Counted from the first letter of the stretch, positions 39,923 to 50,776 are shown. The stretch: DNA of 64,000 nucleotides from Candidatus Margulisiibacteriota bacterium (GCA_050250935.1 JBFWNS010000007.1:32001-96000); one strand, 5' to 3'. The notes: generated by a model not told the origin, from the sequence alone. Numbers and translations: made by a program.

Positions 39923-40921
39923 ATGCGCATCGAAGCTTTTTTGCCTCAGCTCCATGCTGCTGTTCTGGACCGCGCCAAGGGCTATTTAAACCCCACAAAA
40001 CAGGCCGAGTTTGCGGTGGTTTTACAGGCCCGGGAAGCCCGTTTTGAAAACCCCAATACCCGCAGGTTTTTAGAGGCTTTTTTGAAACTGCCTGAAGCGT
40101 CTTCTTCGGTGATGGATTGGGATAGCCCAGCTGTTCTGATGGGTCAATCTGAGGATGTTAGTGCCAAAACCAAGGCCCAACTCCACGAGGCTCTGATGGG
40201 TCTTAAGCCCTGGCGAAAGGGACCTTTTTCGGTTTTTGGTGTCGAGATTGAGGCGGAATGGGATTCCGATTTGAAGTGGCAGCGGTTGTTGCCCCATTTG
40301 CCGCCGTTAACCAACAAAACCATTTTGGATGTGGGCTCGAACAATGGCTATTACCAATTTCGCATGTTGGCACATAATCCCCGTTGGGTTTTGGGGATCG
40401 ATCCCATGGATCTGTATCCGTTTCAGTTTCAGGCCCTTCAACGTTATGCCCAGCAAGATACCTTGGGGTTTGCTGGTGTGGGCATCGAGGCCATGGGGGC
40501 TTGGGAGGGGGTGTTTGAGGTGGTGTTTTGTATGGGGGTTTTGTATCACCAACGCTCGCCCTTGCACCTGTTGGAACGCCTCTTTCGCCTGACACGGCCA
40601 GGTGGTACAGTGATTCTGGAAACCTTGATTATCGAAGACCCTCGTCCCATTGCCCTGTATCCCCAAAATGGGCGCTATGCCAAAATGAGCAATGTTCATT
40701 TTTTGCCCAGCCTGTCTTGTTTACAGCATTGGTTGGCGGTGGCTGGGTTTGTGTCTTCCCAGGTTGCCTTTGTTGCAACCACCACGGTCCAAGAGCAACG
40801 GGCAACGCCCTGGAGTACCCCAGTTTCTCTGGCCGATTTTCTGGATCCCCAAGATCCAAACAAAACGGTCGAAGGGCTGCCGGCCCCGATTCGAGCCGCT
40901 ATTGTGGTTCAAAAACCCTAA
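39923..40921 (+). CDS. cmoB: tRNA U34 carboxymethyltransferase
   Basis: PWRKGPF, EW.SD.KW, LDVG..NGY, F.MGVLYH..SP, RYAKM.NV.F, T.EG.PAP.RA. Confidence 0.92.
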   Translation: MRIEAFLPQLHAAVLDRAKGYLNPTKQAEFAVVLQAREARFENPNTRRFLEAFLKLPEASSSVMDWDSPAVLMGQSEDVSAKTKAQLHEALMGLKPWRKGPFSVFGVEIEAEWDSDLKWQRLLPHLPPLTNKTILDVGSNNGYYQFRMLAHNPRWVLGIDPMDLYPFQFQALQRYAQQDTLGFAGVGIEAMGAWEGVFEVVFCMGVLYHQRSPLHLLERLFRLTRPGGTVILETLIIEDPRPIALYPQNGRYAKMSNVHFLPSLSCLQHWLAVAGFVSSQVAFVATTTVQEQRATPWSTPVSLADFLDPQDPNKTVEGLPAPIRAAIVVQKP

Positions 40922-40938
40922 ATTTTAAGGAGAGTCTT

Positions 40939-41577
40939 ATGTCGTTTTCAGATCTTCAGTCCCGTTTAAAGTGGCGGTATGCCACCAAGCAATTCGATGC
41001 CACCCGCAAGATTTCGGATTCTGATTTCTTGGCGCTGTTGGAATCGTTACGCATGGCCCCGTCGTCGTTTGGTCTTCAACCCTGGAAATTTGTGGTGGTG
41101 GAAAACCCCCAATTCAGGGCCGAGATCCAAGCTTGCGCCTGGAATCAAGCCCAGGTTACAGAGGCTTCTCACTTGATTGTGCTTTGCGTGTTGAAAGAAA
41201 TGACCGAAGCCCACGTCAGCCACTATGTCGACACCATCGAAAAAACCCGGGGAATGGTCCCAGGCTCTTCGGCTGCCTATAAGGACAGAATGATCGGTTT
41301 TATGAAGGCCAAAGATCAATCCGAAATGAGCCAATGGATGAAGCGTCAGCTTTATATTGCCTTTGGGTTTTTGATGTTGGCCGCTGCTGAACAAGGCCTG
41401 GATACCTGCCCCATCGAAGGGTTCGATCCCAAAGCCTGCGATCGTATTTTGGATCTTGAAAGTCAGGGGCTGGAATCCGTGGCCCTGTGTCCGGTTGGCT
41501 ATCGCCTGCCCACCGACAAATATGCCACTGCGGCAAAAGTCCGCTTCCCGATGGATGAGGTCGTGGTTTGGGTTTAG
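40939..41577 (+). CDS. Nitroreductase family (NfsB-like)
   Basis: WRYATK.FD, APSS.GLQPWKF, D.CPIEGFD, GYR, KVR; SD AAGGAG. Confidence 0.92.
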   Translation: MSFSDLQSRLKWRYATKQFDATRKISDSDFLALLESLRMAPSSFGLQPWKFVVVENPQFRAEIQACAWNQAQVTEASHLIVLCVLKEMTEAHVSHYVDTIEKTRGMVPGSSAAYKDRMIGFMKAKDQSEMSQWMKRQLYIAFGFLMLAAAEQGLDTCPIEGFDPKACDRILDLESQGLESVALCPVGYRLPTDKYATAAKVRFPMDEVVVWV

Positions 41578-42431
41578 GGTCTTCTATCAACCCACAAAAC
41601 CCGGTCTAATCCTTGGTTGTCCTGGACGAATCCGTGCTCAAAGTGGGGATAGTGGCCTAATAGTTGGATTAGGGGGGCTTTTTGCGCGAATCCTATTTCG
41701 AAAACCGCCATCCAAGGGGTTTGAAAAGTGGCGAGGACCTCAAGGCTTTTTTTGTAAAACAATAACCCGTCTTTTCCACCGTACAAGGCTTTTTGGGGCT
41801 CGAATTGGGCGACATCTTGGGCTAAGGCAGGGTCGCCTGGGGCTATATAGGGGGGGTTCGATACAAACAAAGTGGGCCCTTCGCACAACGGTTCCCAAAG
41901 GGTTTGGGCCTTAAAAAAATCCCCTTTAAAAAAAGTTGCATTCGAGACCTGGTGCCGGGACTTGTTTTCCAAGGCTGTTTGGTGGGCTTTGACGCTGATG
42001 TCCCACCCCCACACCGCGGCTGTGGGGAAGGCCAGGGCCAATTCGAGGCTGATAATCCCTGTGCCATAGCCCAATTCGATGCAAGAAAAGGACTGGGTTG
42101 TCCATCCCATTTCGTTGATTTTCGCAATGGCCGTTTCCACCACGATTTCGGTGTCGGCCCTGGGGATTAAAACCCCGGGTTGAACCGCATAGAGTCGTTC
42201 TCGAAACGGGGCTTCTTTTAGGATATAAGCCAAAGGATAGCCGGTTTGGCGCCGCCGAATGGCGGTTTTGAAGGCCCGAACCGCAGTCGGCTGCAATGGG
42301 GTTTGTAGGCTTTGGAGCAACTGAATTTTGGAAAGGCCAGTTCGGTGCTCCAAAATCCACCAGGCTTCTGGGGTTGAAAGGGTGCCGGTTTGGGTGGCCC
42401 AGTGAATCAGGGCCCCGGGCGAGGTTGACAG
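41574..42431 (-). CDS. prmC: Release factor glutamine methyltransferase
   Basis: R...G.PLAYIL, VLIPRADTE, G.GTG.I, SNPPYI, FEP..AL.GG.DGL, EIG; probable CTG start at 42431. Confidence 0.93.
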   Translation of the reverse strand: MSTSPGALIHWATQTGTLSTPEAWWILEHRTGLSKIQLLQSLQTPLQPTAVRAFKTAIRRRQTGYPLAYILKEAPFRERLYAVQPGVLIPRADTEIVVETAIAKINEMGWTTQSFSCIELGYGTGIISLELALAFPTAAVWGWDISVKAHQTALENKSRHQVSNATFFKGDFFKAQTLWEPLCEGPTLFVSNPPYIAPGDPALAQDVAQFEPQKALYGGKDGLLFYKKSLEVLATFQTPWMAVFEIGFAQKAPLIQLLGHYPHFEHGFVQDNQGLDRVLWVDRRP

Positions 42432-42434
42432 GGT

Positions 42435-43490
42435 CTAGCCCTCTTTCATTTTTTCAACGCGGTCAGCAGAGATGAGGGCATCGAGCAGCTCATCCATTTT
42501 TCCATCCAAAAAATCGGTAAGGTTGTACAAAGATACATTGATCCGGTGGTCCGTAACCCGGTTTTGTGGGTAATTGTAGGTGCGAATTTTTTCGGAACGG
42601 TCCCCGCTGCCAACCAGGCTTTTGCGCAGGGCTGTTTCTTCTTTGCGCAGGGCTTCTTGTTGGGCATCGTAAATGCGGGCCCGCAACAAGCGCATGGCTT
42701 TTTCCCGGTTTTGGAACTGAGAGCGTTCGTCTTGGCAGGCCACCACAACCCCTGTGGGTTCGTGGGTGAGTCGAACCGCAGAACTGGTCTTGTTGACGTG
42801 CTGCCCCCCAGCTCCCGAGGCGCGAAACACGTCCATGCGAATATCGGCGGGGTTAATGTCCACATCCACTTCTTCGGCTTCGGGCATAATGGCTACCGTT
42901 GCTGCCGAGGTGTGTACCCGGCCCGAGGCTTCGGTTTCGGGAACCCGTTGAACCCGGTGGGCCCCGCTTTCAAATTTTAAGCGGCTGTAAACCCCTCGCC
43001 CAGACACCACAAAAGAAATTTCTTTAAGGCCACCCAGGCCGGTGCTGTTTTCGGATAAGACCTCGATTTTCCAGCCCTTTAGCTCGGAATAGCGGGTGTA
43101 CATGCGGAATAATTCAGCGCCAAACAGGGCAGCTTCTTCGCCCCCAGTGCCAGACCGAATTTCCACGATGGCATTTTTGTTGTCGTTGGGGTCTGCAGGG
43201 ATTAAGAACAGTTGAAGGTCTTGCTGAACCCTTTCGAACTCGGCCTGAAGGTTTTTGAGTTCCTCTTGGGCCATGTCTTTCATTTCGGGATCTTTAAGCA
43301 GATCTTCGGTGGTTTTGAGTTCGGATTCTAGTTTTTTATACCGTTGATAGCCCGCAATGCCGTCTTTAAGCTCGGCATGGTGTTTGGTAATGTCTTGGTA
43401 AAGGGCAAAATTGGCGATGACTTCGGGATCGCTCATTTTGCGTTCAAGCTCAAGAAAGGTATCTTCGAGTTGTTGAAATTTGTCGTGCAT
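42435..43490 (-). CDS. prfA: Peptide chain release factor 1
   Basis: GTGGEEA, HRVQRVPETE (PET), GAGGQHVN, RTYNYPQ.R.TDHRI. Confidence 0.97.
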   Translation of the reverse strand: MHDKFQQLEDTFLELERKMSDPEVIANFALYQDITKHHAELKDGIAGYQRYKKLESELKTTEDLLKDPEMKDMAQEELKNLQAEFERVQQDLQLFLIPADPNDNKNAIVEIRSGTGGEEAALFGAELFRMYTRYSELKGWKIEVLSENSTGLGGLKEISFVVSGRGVYSRLKFESGAHRVQRVPETEASGRVHTSAATVAIMPEAEEVDVDINPADIRMDVFRASGAGGQHVNKTSSAVRLTHEPTGVVVACQDERSQFQNREKAMRLLRARIYDAQQEALRKEETALRKSLVGSGDRSEKIRTYNYPQNRVTDHRINVSLYNLTDFLDGKMDELLDALISADRVEKMKEG

Positions 43491-43544
43491 GTGGAATAAA
43501 GCCTGACTCTTTTAGGCGAAAAGCGCCAAAATCAAGCTCGAACC

Positions 43545-43793
43545 TTATTTGGACAAATTGTATTTTTTGCGGAATTTTTCCACGCGACCTTCAGTGTCCA
43601 TAATTCTGGCTTCACCGGTGAAGAAGGGGTGGCAGTTCGAGCAAATGTCTACACGAATGGTGTCTTTGGTAGACCCAGCGGCAAATTCTGCACCGCAGGC
43701 ACAAGACACAGTAATGGAGTGGTAAGGCATGTCTTTGGTGTTTGCCAAGGTCAAGCCTTTTTTCTTTTTTTCGGTTTTAGGGGCAGTGGCCAT
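43545..43793 (-). CDS. rpmE: 50S ribosomal protein L31 (Zn-binding type, N-terminal extension)
   Basis: [20 protein letters not shown]. Confidence 0.95.
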   Translation of the reverse strand: MATAPKTEKKKKGLTLANTKDMPYHSITVSCACGAEFAAGSTKDTIRVDICSNCHPFFTGEARIMDTEGRVEKFRKKYNLSK

Positions 43794-43870
43794 TTGAATA
43801 TCCTTGAAAGAGAGCTGTCCCTACATTCGGTAGGGCGGATGTCAAGTTTACTGAAGTGGAGGGGCCATTG

Positions 43871-44677
43871 TCAATTGCCCTCGAGAGCGGTTCGAAGCTG
43901 ATCCCCGATTAATGTCAGGCTCAGAACCGTTAAGGTGATAAACAACCCTGGACCAAAAACCATCCACGGTGCGCTATAGAGTTGTGCCAGGCTGTTTTCC
44001 AACATATTGCCCCAGGAAGCTTGGGGGGGTTGGACACCCAGTCCCAAAAAACTCAAAACCGATTCGGACAAAATAGCGTGGCTCATGCCCAAGGTAGCGG
44101 CCACAATCACAGGGTTAATGGCCAGGGGCAGAATGTGTCGGATCATCAGCCTGAATTCTGAAATCCCCCGGGCTCTGGCAGCGGTGATAAATAAGCGTTC
44201 TTTTAAACTCAGGACCTCGGCGCGGGCGAAGCGGGCAATGCCCATCCAGCCGGTCAGGCCAATCACACAAACCACGGTGATTAAACTGGGTTTAAAAAAA
44301 CTTTGAAGCACCAGGATCAAAAAAATGCCTGGAATGGCCATGACCAATTCTGTAAAACGCATTAAACATTTGTCTGTCCAGCCGCCAAAAAAACCAGAGG
44401 CTGCTCCCACAGTCACCCCAATCGAAAGGGATAATACAACGGCAATACAGGCCACAGACAAGGACACCCGGGCCCCATACAACAAGCGAATCAAAATATC
44501 TCGGCCCAAATCGTCGGTGCCCAGCACATGGGGGAATCCAGGGGGCAGTGGAATTGCGGCCAAATTTGGGTTGAAGGTATTGGGATCAAAAGGCAAAAAA
44601 CCAACGCCCACCGCCGCAATGGCTAGCAGGGCCAAAAAACCGAGGGCCAGTCGGGTCAGAAGGGGAAATCGGCTCAT
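43871..44677 (-). CDS. Peptide ABC transporter permease (OppC/DppC-like)
   Basis: LGTDDLGRD, YGARVSL, EAA-like AARARG, ES.LSFLGLG..PP..SWG. Confidence 0.92.
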   Translation of the reverse strand: MSRFPLLTRLALGFLALLAIAAVGVGFLPFDPNTFNPNLAAIPLPPGFPHVLGTDDLGRDILIRLLYGARVSLSVACIAVVLSLSIGVTVGAASGFFGGWTDKCLMRFTELVMAIPGIFLILVLQSFFKPSLITVVCVIGLTGWMGIARFARAEVLSLKERLFITAARARGISEFRLMIRHILPLAINPVIVAATLGMSHAILSESVLSFLGLGVQPPQASWGNMLENSLAQLYSAPWMVFGPGLFITLTVLSLTLIGDQLRTALEGN

Positions 44678-44767
44678 GGACATTACCATAAACGGCTGGG
44701 TGCATCGTGGCAATACATTCCTGTTTTACAGGGGGGCAAGCTTTACGGTATAGTGTGGGCCACTTGT

Positions 44768-44844
44768 CGGGGCGTAGCGCAGCCTGGTAGCGCACCTGTT
44801 TTGGGAACAGGGGGCCGTAGGTTCAAATCCTATCGCCCCGACCA
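44768..44844 (+). tRNA. tRNA-Pro(TGG)
   Basis: CGGGGCG/CGCCCCG acceptor stem, CCTGT-TTTGGGA-ACAGG anticodon arm, GTTCAAATC, encoded CCA. Confidence 0.97.
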
Positions 44845-45199
44845 TTTCCAAAAAATTTGGCTGTATTAAAAATTAAAACAAAAACGACGGGGTATAAACA
44901 AAAACGGCGAGCGTTTTTGTATCGGGAAGCCGAAGCAAGTTCGACTTTCCTCCCCGCAGGGGCCAAAAGGACTTTGTACAAAAAAGACAAATCAGGCCGA
45001 AGGCCCAGCGCTAGCGTGAGGGGGAGGCTCAGGCGAACTTGCTTCGACTGAGGGGGCGACGCTAGCCCCTTAAAACAAGCCCCTTATGAAATAACTCAAA
45101 AAATCAATACATGATATTTTGAGATTTTGTCGTTTATTAGGGTATAAAACAAGGCTGGAAAGTGCAGCCACAACTTGTCCCATAAAGAGGTGAACACCC

Positions 45200-45472
45200 A
45201 TGGAATTTGACCTGAACGCCATTAATCCGATCCAATCTTCTTATGTTCCAGCTTCGAAGCCCGAAGTTGAAGATAAGTCTGAAAAAGATGGTCTTTTTAA
45301 GCAAGAAGACTCTCATTTTCAAAAAGAACTTAAAGACATTTATGCGCTGATTAATCAGCATTGGGAAGAAGAGCAAAAAGAAGCTTCAAAACGGGCTGAA
45401 AAAGACGGTCCAAAAGCTTCGGGTCTTGATGGTTTTAGATCACCAGGCCTCAGAAATGACTGGGGCGCCTAA
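45200..45472 (+). CDS. Hypothetical protein
   Basis: 90-aa ORF with SD AGAGGTG. Confidence 0.55.
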   Translation: MEFDLNAINPIQSSYVPASKPEVEDKSEKDGLFKQEDSHFQKELKDIYALINQHWEEEQKEASKRAEKDGPKASGLDGFRSPGLRNDWGA

Positions 45473-45504
45473 AGCGCTGAGGTCTCAAAAGGGGTTGTTG
45501 GTTT

Positions 45505-46731
45505 ATGCGTAAGCCATTGCTGTTGATTGTCGAAGGGGTTCAGCGAGAGCTGGATCGGCTTTTTGACGTCTTGTCGAAGCACTACGAGGTGATGACGGCC
45601 AGCACTGGGCAAATGGCGGCTTCTGTTTTTGCCCAGTATCACCTGAAAATCCGAATTGTTTTGATTGGCACTGGGTTTCCCGATACCGATAGTTTGACCT
45701 TGTTGACCCGGTTGCGGGAAATTAGTGTGTTGCCGGAACTGATTATGTTGTCGGACAGCGGAGATATTTCCTCGGCTGTGAATGCCATTAAGTTGGGGGC
45801 CTACGATTATTTGGCCAAACCCTACAAAGAATCGGCGCTGCTCCTGATTATTGAAAGAACCCTCGAAAACCACGAAATCATCAAAAAATTTGAAGAGTTT
45901 TCTAAGAAACTCCCAGGCGATGCCCGAGAGTTTGATCGGCGGTTGATTGTGTCTCAGTCTTTGATTGCAGAGCGGCGCAGTGCCGGGCACCATGTTTCTG
46001 CCGAGGAAATTTTGTCGATTTTGTCCCCGGAAGCCACGGCGGAAAGCCCCAACATCGATGCGATACGGTCTGAAATCCAAGGGGTTTTGGATTGCGAAAA
46101 AGCCAAGATTCTGGTGGTTGAGGATGAAGATGTGTATCGGTCCATGATTGTTGGGTTTATTGAAAACCGCTATGGCTTTTTTGCCAGTGGAACCGGGTCT
46201 GGTGCTTTGTCGTTGCTGAAAGAAAATCCCGATATCGATATTGTGCTTTTGGACATCTTTTTGCCCGATATTAATGGGGTTGATTTGCTTCCTTTGATTA
46301 AAAGTGCCTGTCCAGGGGTGGATGTTATTGTGATTACTTCGTACGAATCGGTGGATATTGCGGTGGAAACCATGCGAAAAGGGGCCAGCGACTATTTGAA
46401 CAAGCCCTTTTTGAAAATGGATATTCTGTCCACCATCTCCAAAACCCTTCAGCGCAAGCAATTGCAGAAGGTGTTGCCGGCCCTGAGCAAGCGGGTGATG
46501 GCCGAAACGGTTTCGGATCGGTCGAAATTGGATTTGTTGTTGACGGCCTGTCAAACTAAAAAACGATCGGGGCGGGCCATTATTATGGGCGATGTTTATC
46601 ATTATTTCCCCGAGCTTCGAGACACGTTTATGCCCGATGCTGTGGTTTTGCCAGAAGCCATTGTGAATGGGGATTTGGGTGTTTTTATTGAAGAGTTGCG
46701 CCAGAAAATGTCTAAATTTTCTGCGTCCTAG
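45505..46731 (+). CDS. Response regulator with tandem receiver domains
   Basis: REC1 atypical (..GAYDYLAKP); REC2 ILVVEDE..VLLDIFLPDING..TS..GASDYLNKPF. Confidence 0.88.
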   Translation: MRKPLLLIVEGVQRELDRLFDVLSKHYEVMTASTGQMAASVFAQYHLKIRIVLIGTGFPDTDSLTLLTRLREISVLPELIMLSDSGDISSAVNAIKLGAYDYLAKPYKESALLLIIERTLENHEIIKKFEEFSKKLPGDAREFDRRLIVSQSLIAERRSAGHHVSAEEILSILSPEATAESPNIDAIRSEIQGVLDCEKAKILVVEDEDVYRSMIVGFIENRYGFFASGTGSGALSLLKENPDIDIVLLDIFLPDINGVDLLPLIKSACPGVDVIVITSYESVDIAVETMRKGASDYLNKPFLKMDILSTISKTLQRKQLQKVLPALSKRVMAETVSDRSKLDLLLTACQTKKRSGRAIIMGDVYHYFPELRDTFMPDAVVLPEAIVNGDLGVFIEELRQKMSKFSAS

Positions 46732-46736
46732 TTTTG

Positions 46737-47786
46737 TTATAGGAAATGGCGCATCAGCCAGGCCAGGGTTCCGGATCGGAATTTGGGGACCAGCAAGATA
46801 GACGCGATTAACCCCAGGGAAATACCCAATAGACCAAATGCATAAGGCGGTTCTAGAAATGAAACGAATACCGCCAATAACCCCAGCACCATACAGGTGA
46901 AATAGACAAAAATGGCGGCTTGGCGTTGGGTCATTCCAGCTTGGAGCAGTCGGTGGTGAATGTGGCCTTTGTCTGGAGAAAAAATGCCTTGTTTGTTTTT
47001 TAAGCGTCGAACGATGGCAAAGAGGGTATCAAAAATGGGAACCCCCAAGATGATCAGGGGCAAAAAAAAGCCGGTGGGCAGATCGGTTTTAAGCACACCC
47101 ATCATGGCCGAACATGCCAAGGCATAGCCCAAAAACATCGATCCGGTATCGCCCATAAAAATTTGGGCAGGGGCAAAGTTGTAGCGAAGAAATCCCAGGG
47201 TTGCGCCCAACAAGGCCACTGATAAAAACGCCACATTAAATTGAATGTGTTCAACCGCCAATACGGCTAAAAAACAGGTGCCAATGGCGGCAATGCCGGT
47301 GGCCAGGCCATCCATGCCATCGATCAGGTTCATGGTGTTAATCAAGCCCACAACCCAAATGACGGTGACGGGAAGACTGAGTTTGCCAAGGGCCAAAACG
47401 GGTCCCCAGGGCAGAACCAGATAGGTGATGCCTACCCCCAAAAAATAGGTAAAAACGGCAACCCCAATTTGCCCGAGCAGCTTCCAACTGGCCTTGATGG
47501 CAAACCGGTCGTCCACCACCCCCAAAACAATCAAAAAGCCGGACCCCACCAAAATGCCAATCAGGGGCGCATTTAGCGGTGCTTGCCACAACAACGAGGC
47601 TAGAAATCCCAGATAAATGGCGATGCCCCCCAAATAGGGAATGGGGGCTTTGTGAATTTTACGTTCGCCTGGGGCATCCACTATGCCGGTGTGCAGGGCC
47701 AACTGTTTGGCGGCTGGGGTTAGCCAACGGGTGATCAAAAATGCGACAATGAACACCCAAAAAAAGGTCATGACAAAGGGGTTCAC
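46737..47786 (-). CDS. WecA/TagO-like undecaprenyl-phosphate GlcNAc-1-P transferase (MraY family)
   Basis: P.ERKIH..P.PYLGG, G.VDD, N.IDGMDGLA, IFMGDTGS, D.GHIHHRL. Confidence 0.92.
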   Translation of the reverse strand: MNPFVMTFFWVFIVAFLITRWLTPAAKQLALHTGIVDAPGERKIHKAPIPYLGGIAIYLGFLASLLWQAPLNAPLIGILVGSGFLIVLGVVDDRFAIKASWKLLGQIGVAVFTYFLGVGITYLVLPWGPVLALGKLSLPVTVIWVVGLINTMNLIDGMDGLATGIAAIGTCFLAVLAVEHIQFNVAFLSVALLGATLGFLRYNFAPAQIFMGDTGSMFLGYALACSAMMGVLKTDLPTGFFLPLIILGVPIFDTLFAIVRRLKNKQGIFSPDKGHIHHRLLQAGMTQRQAAIFVYFTCMVLGLLAVFVSFLEPPYAFGLLGISLGLIASILLVPKFRSGTLAWLMRHFL

Positions 47787-49030
47787 TGGTCGTATCCGCC
47801 GCGGGTGTATTTGTTTCTGGGGTCCCAAAACAACCAGCTGGCAATGCCAGCGTCTTTGCAGGCTTGTTTTTGCAGGCGAATTTTTTGGGCATCGTAGGTG
47901 GCGCCCAAATTAAAATCTTGCAGCCAAGGGCGGAGCTTGGTTCGGGGATAGCCTGCCGCTTCCAGTCTGGCGCCACCACTGTTTAAAACTGCTTTTACAA
48001 TTTCGTAGGGATGATCGGCAGGGTTTGCAAATTGGTTAAAGCCTGGTGGGTAATGCGACGGGTAGATCATGGGGCAAATGACATCGAAATAGGGGGCAGC
48101 CGTTTCCAGAACTTGGCCAATGTTCAGATCGTCTCGGCTGGTTAAGACCATGCCAAATAAATCGGCCGATATCGGAACGCCCAGGTCTTTGAGTTCCTCA
48201 TGCAAATAGGCGAAAAAGTGCTTGAGGGCCTGCTGTTTTTTGCTTCGAAATACCTTTTGGGTAGCCGAAAGCGAGGCGGTGGTTGATTCTGAAGTGGTGT
48301 TTGAAGAGGCCAAAACCTCGACAATTTGGGGTTTGGTGATGGCCCCTGTTAGGGGAAAGGCCATGTCTTTCATGTTGCCGTCGGTAGGGAACCGAATGTA
48401 GTCGAAGTTCAGTTCATCGAAGCCTGCAGCTTCCGAGGCTTTGGCGATGCGGACAATGTGCTCCCAAAACGGTTTGGCCGAAGGATCGATGTAGGAAAGG
48501 CCATGCTTGTCTTTCCAGGGTTGGCCAAAAGCTACAGATTGTACGGCCAAGTTGGGGTGCATTTTGGCATAGGTTGGGTCTTGAAAAACGGTAATGCGGG
48601 CAATCACATAAATGTGGTTGTCGTGCAGGTGCTTAATAAAATCGCGAAGGTCTTTGATGCGAACTTCTTGATAGGCCTGAAGTTCTGGGTCTTGGGTGTC
48701 GAAAGAAAGGGTGCCCGAGTAGTCCTTTACATCGATGACCACCGCGTTGATTTCAGAGGTGTTGATAAACGAGACCAATTGCTCTCGCCAGGGCTTTACC
48801 GATCCCACCCAGCTGGTCATGTAGATGGCTTTAACGGGGTTTGGCATGGGAATGTGGGTTTGTTTTGGCGCTGGGGGAAGTTGGGTTTCTGTGTTGGCTG
48901 TTGGGACAATGGGCGCAACAGAAGGCGTTTTTTGAAAGAGGGGTAATTTGGTGAAGGCGGCAATCAGGCCCACACCCACCAACAAGAACAAGGCAATCAC
49001 CACAAGAAGGCGGGTTTGTTTGGTATGCAT
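47783..49030 (-). CDS. Putative exported glycoside hydrolase (DUF4015-like)
   Basis: N-terminal TM; KAIY.T, NAVVIDVKD, ARI.VFQD, GFDE.NFDYIRFP, PM.YPSHY, RPWLQDF. Confidence 0.8.
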   Translation of the reverse strand: MHTKQTRLLVVIALFLLVGVGLIAAFTKLPLFQKTPSVAPIVPTANTETQLPPAPKQTHIPMPNPVKAIYMTSWVGSVKPWREQLVSFINTSEINAVVIDVKDYSGTLSFDTQDPELQAYQEVRIKDLRDFIKHLHDNHIYVIARITVFQDPTYAKMHPNLAVQSVAFGQPWKDKHGLSYIDPSAKPFWEHIVRIAKASEAAGFDELNFDYIRFPTDGNMKDMAFPLTGAITKPQIVEVLASSNTTSESTTASLSATQKVFRSKKQQALKHFFAYLHEELKDLGVPISADLFGMVLTSRDDLNIGQVLETAAPYFDVICPMIYPSHYPPGFNQFANPADHPYEIVKAVLNSGGARLEAAGYPRTKLRPWLQDFNLGATYDAQKIRLQKQACKDAGIASWLFWDPRNKYTRGGYDQ

Positions 49031-49047
49031 AAGGCGTCATTCTAGAT

Positions 49048-49081
49048 AAAAAAAAATCCCCCCGCAAGTGCGAGGGGATTT
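49048..49081 (-). terminator. Intrinsic terminator after groEL
   Basis: Minus strand AAATCCCCTCGC-ACTT-GCGGGGGGATTT plus T-tract. Confidence 0.8.
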
Positions 49082-49108
49082 GAAAAACAGCGGGGTGTGG
49101 CGTGGGGA

Positions 49109-50752
49109 CTAGTAGTCCATGCCGCCCATACCCCCCATGCCGGGAGCGCCAGCAGGAAGGTCTTTTTTCTCTTCGGGTTTGTCGGTGACCAACACGTTGG
49201 TGGTCAACAGCAAGCTGACGATAGAGGCTGCGTTTTGCAAGGCAGAGCGGGTGACTTTGGACGGATCCACAACGCCTGCTTTGAAAAGGTCTTCGAATTT
49301 GCCGGTGCGGGCATTAAAGCCATGACCTGCTTTTTGGTTTTTCACTTCGTTGACGACAACAGAAGCTTCAACCCCAGAGTTTTCGGCGATGCGGCGCAAA
49401 GGCACTTCCAAAGCGCGGGCTACAATTTGCATGCCCAATTTGACGTCGCCTTCTTCTTTTTGAATGGCTTTTTCCAAGGAAGGCAAGAGGTGAATCAAGG
49501 CTGAACCACCACCGGCAACAATGCCTTCTTCAACCGCTGCTCGGGTGGCAGATAGGGCATCTTCCACGCGGAATTTGCGTTCTTTGAGTTCGGTTTCAGT
49601 GGCAGCGCCCACACGAATTACCGCAACACCGCCAGACAATTTGGCCAAGCGCTCTTGGAGCTTTTCTTTGTCGTAGGACGAATCGGTGTTTTCGATTTCG
49701 CGCTTAATTTCGGCCACGCGGGCTTTGATTTTAGCGGCAACACCTTTGCCTTGAACGATGGTGGTGTTGTCTTTGTCGGATTTTACTTTGGCGGCTTGGC
49801 CAAGCTGTTCCAGTTGGGCATTTTCTAGGGTCATGCCTTTTTCTTCGGAAATGACTTCTGCGCCGGTTAAAACGGCAATGTCTTCCAACATGGCTTTTCT
49901 GCGGTCGCCAAAACCTGGGGCTTTTACAACCAAGCAGTTGACGGTGCCACGCAATTTGTTAACCACGATGGTGGCCAAGGCTTCGCCGTCGACGTCTTCT
50001 GCAATAATCACCAATCCACGGCCAGATTGAACCACTTTTTCCAAGATGGGCAACAAATCTTTAATGGCCGAGATTTTTTTGTCGGTGACCAAAATCAAGG
50101 CGTTGTCCATGGAGGCTTCCATGCGGTCGCGGTCGGTAATCATGTAAGGAGAGGCATAGCCTTTGTCGAATTGCATGCCTTCTACGGTATCGAGTTCCGT
50201 TTCCATGCCTTTGGATTCTTCAACGGTAATCACGCCGTCTTTGCCCACTTTGTCCATGGCATCGGCGATGAGGTTTCCGATGGTTTCGTCGTTGTTGGCC
50301 GAAATCGAGGCGACTTGGGCAATGGCTTCTTTGGTTTTGAGGGGTTTGCTGTTGTCTTTAAGACCTTCAACAACCACTTTGACCGCTTTTTCAATTCCGC
50401 GTTTCAGCTGGATGGAATTGGCCCCAGCCACAACGTTTTTCAAGCCTTCTTTAAAGATAGCATGACCCAACACCGTGGCGGTGGTGGTGCCGTCGCCAGC
50501 AATGTCGTTGGTTTTGGAGGCGATTTCTTTTAACAATTGAGCGCCCATGTTTTCGAAGGGATCTTCCAACTCGATTTCTTTGGCAATGGTGACCCCATCG
50601 TTGGTGATGGTGGGCGAACCCCATTTTTTGTCGAGAACCACGTTGTTTCCGTTAGGGCCTAGCGTGCTGCCAACGGCTTCCGCAACTTTGCGGATCCCAG
50701 CTTCAAGCGAACGCCAAGCGTCTTCAGAGTATTTTAATTGTTTTGCACCCAT
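49109..50752 (-). CDS. groL: Chaperonin GroEL
   Basis: [24 protein letters not shown]-repeat tail. Confidence 0.99.
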   Translation of the reverse strand: MGAKQLKYSEDAWRSLEAGIRKVAEAVGSTLGPNGNNVVLDKKWGSPTITNDGVTIAKEIELEDPFENMGAQLLKEIASKTNDIAGDGTTTATVLGHAIFKEGLKNVVAGANSIQLKRGIEKAVKVVVEGLKDNSKPLKTKEAIAQVASISANNDETIGNLIADAMDKVGKDGVITVEESKGMETELDTVEGMQFDKGYASPYMITDRDRMEASMDNALILVTDKKISAIKDLLPILEKVVQSGRGLVIIAEDVDGEALATIVVNKLRGTVNCLVVKAPGFGDRRKAMLEDIAVLTGAEVISEEKGMTLENAQLEQLGQAAKVKSDKDNTTIVQGKGVAAKIKARVAEIKREIENTDSSYDKEKLQERLAKLSGGVAVIRVGAATETELKERKFRVEDALSATRAAVEEGIVAGGGSALIHLLPSLEKAIQKEEGDVKLGMQIVARALEVPLRRIAENSGVEASVVVNEVKNQKAGHGFNARTGKFEDLFKAGVVDPSKVTRSALQNAASIVSLLLTTNVLVTDKPEEKKDLPAGAPGMGGMGGMDY

Positions 50753-50776
50753 GGGTTACAGACTCCTTTTGATGAA

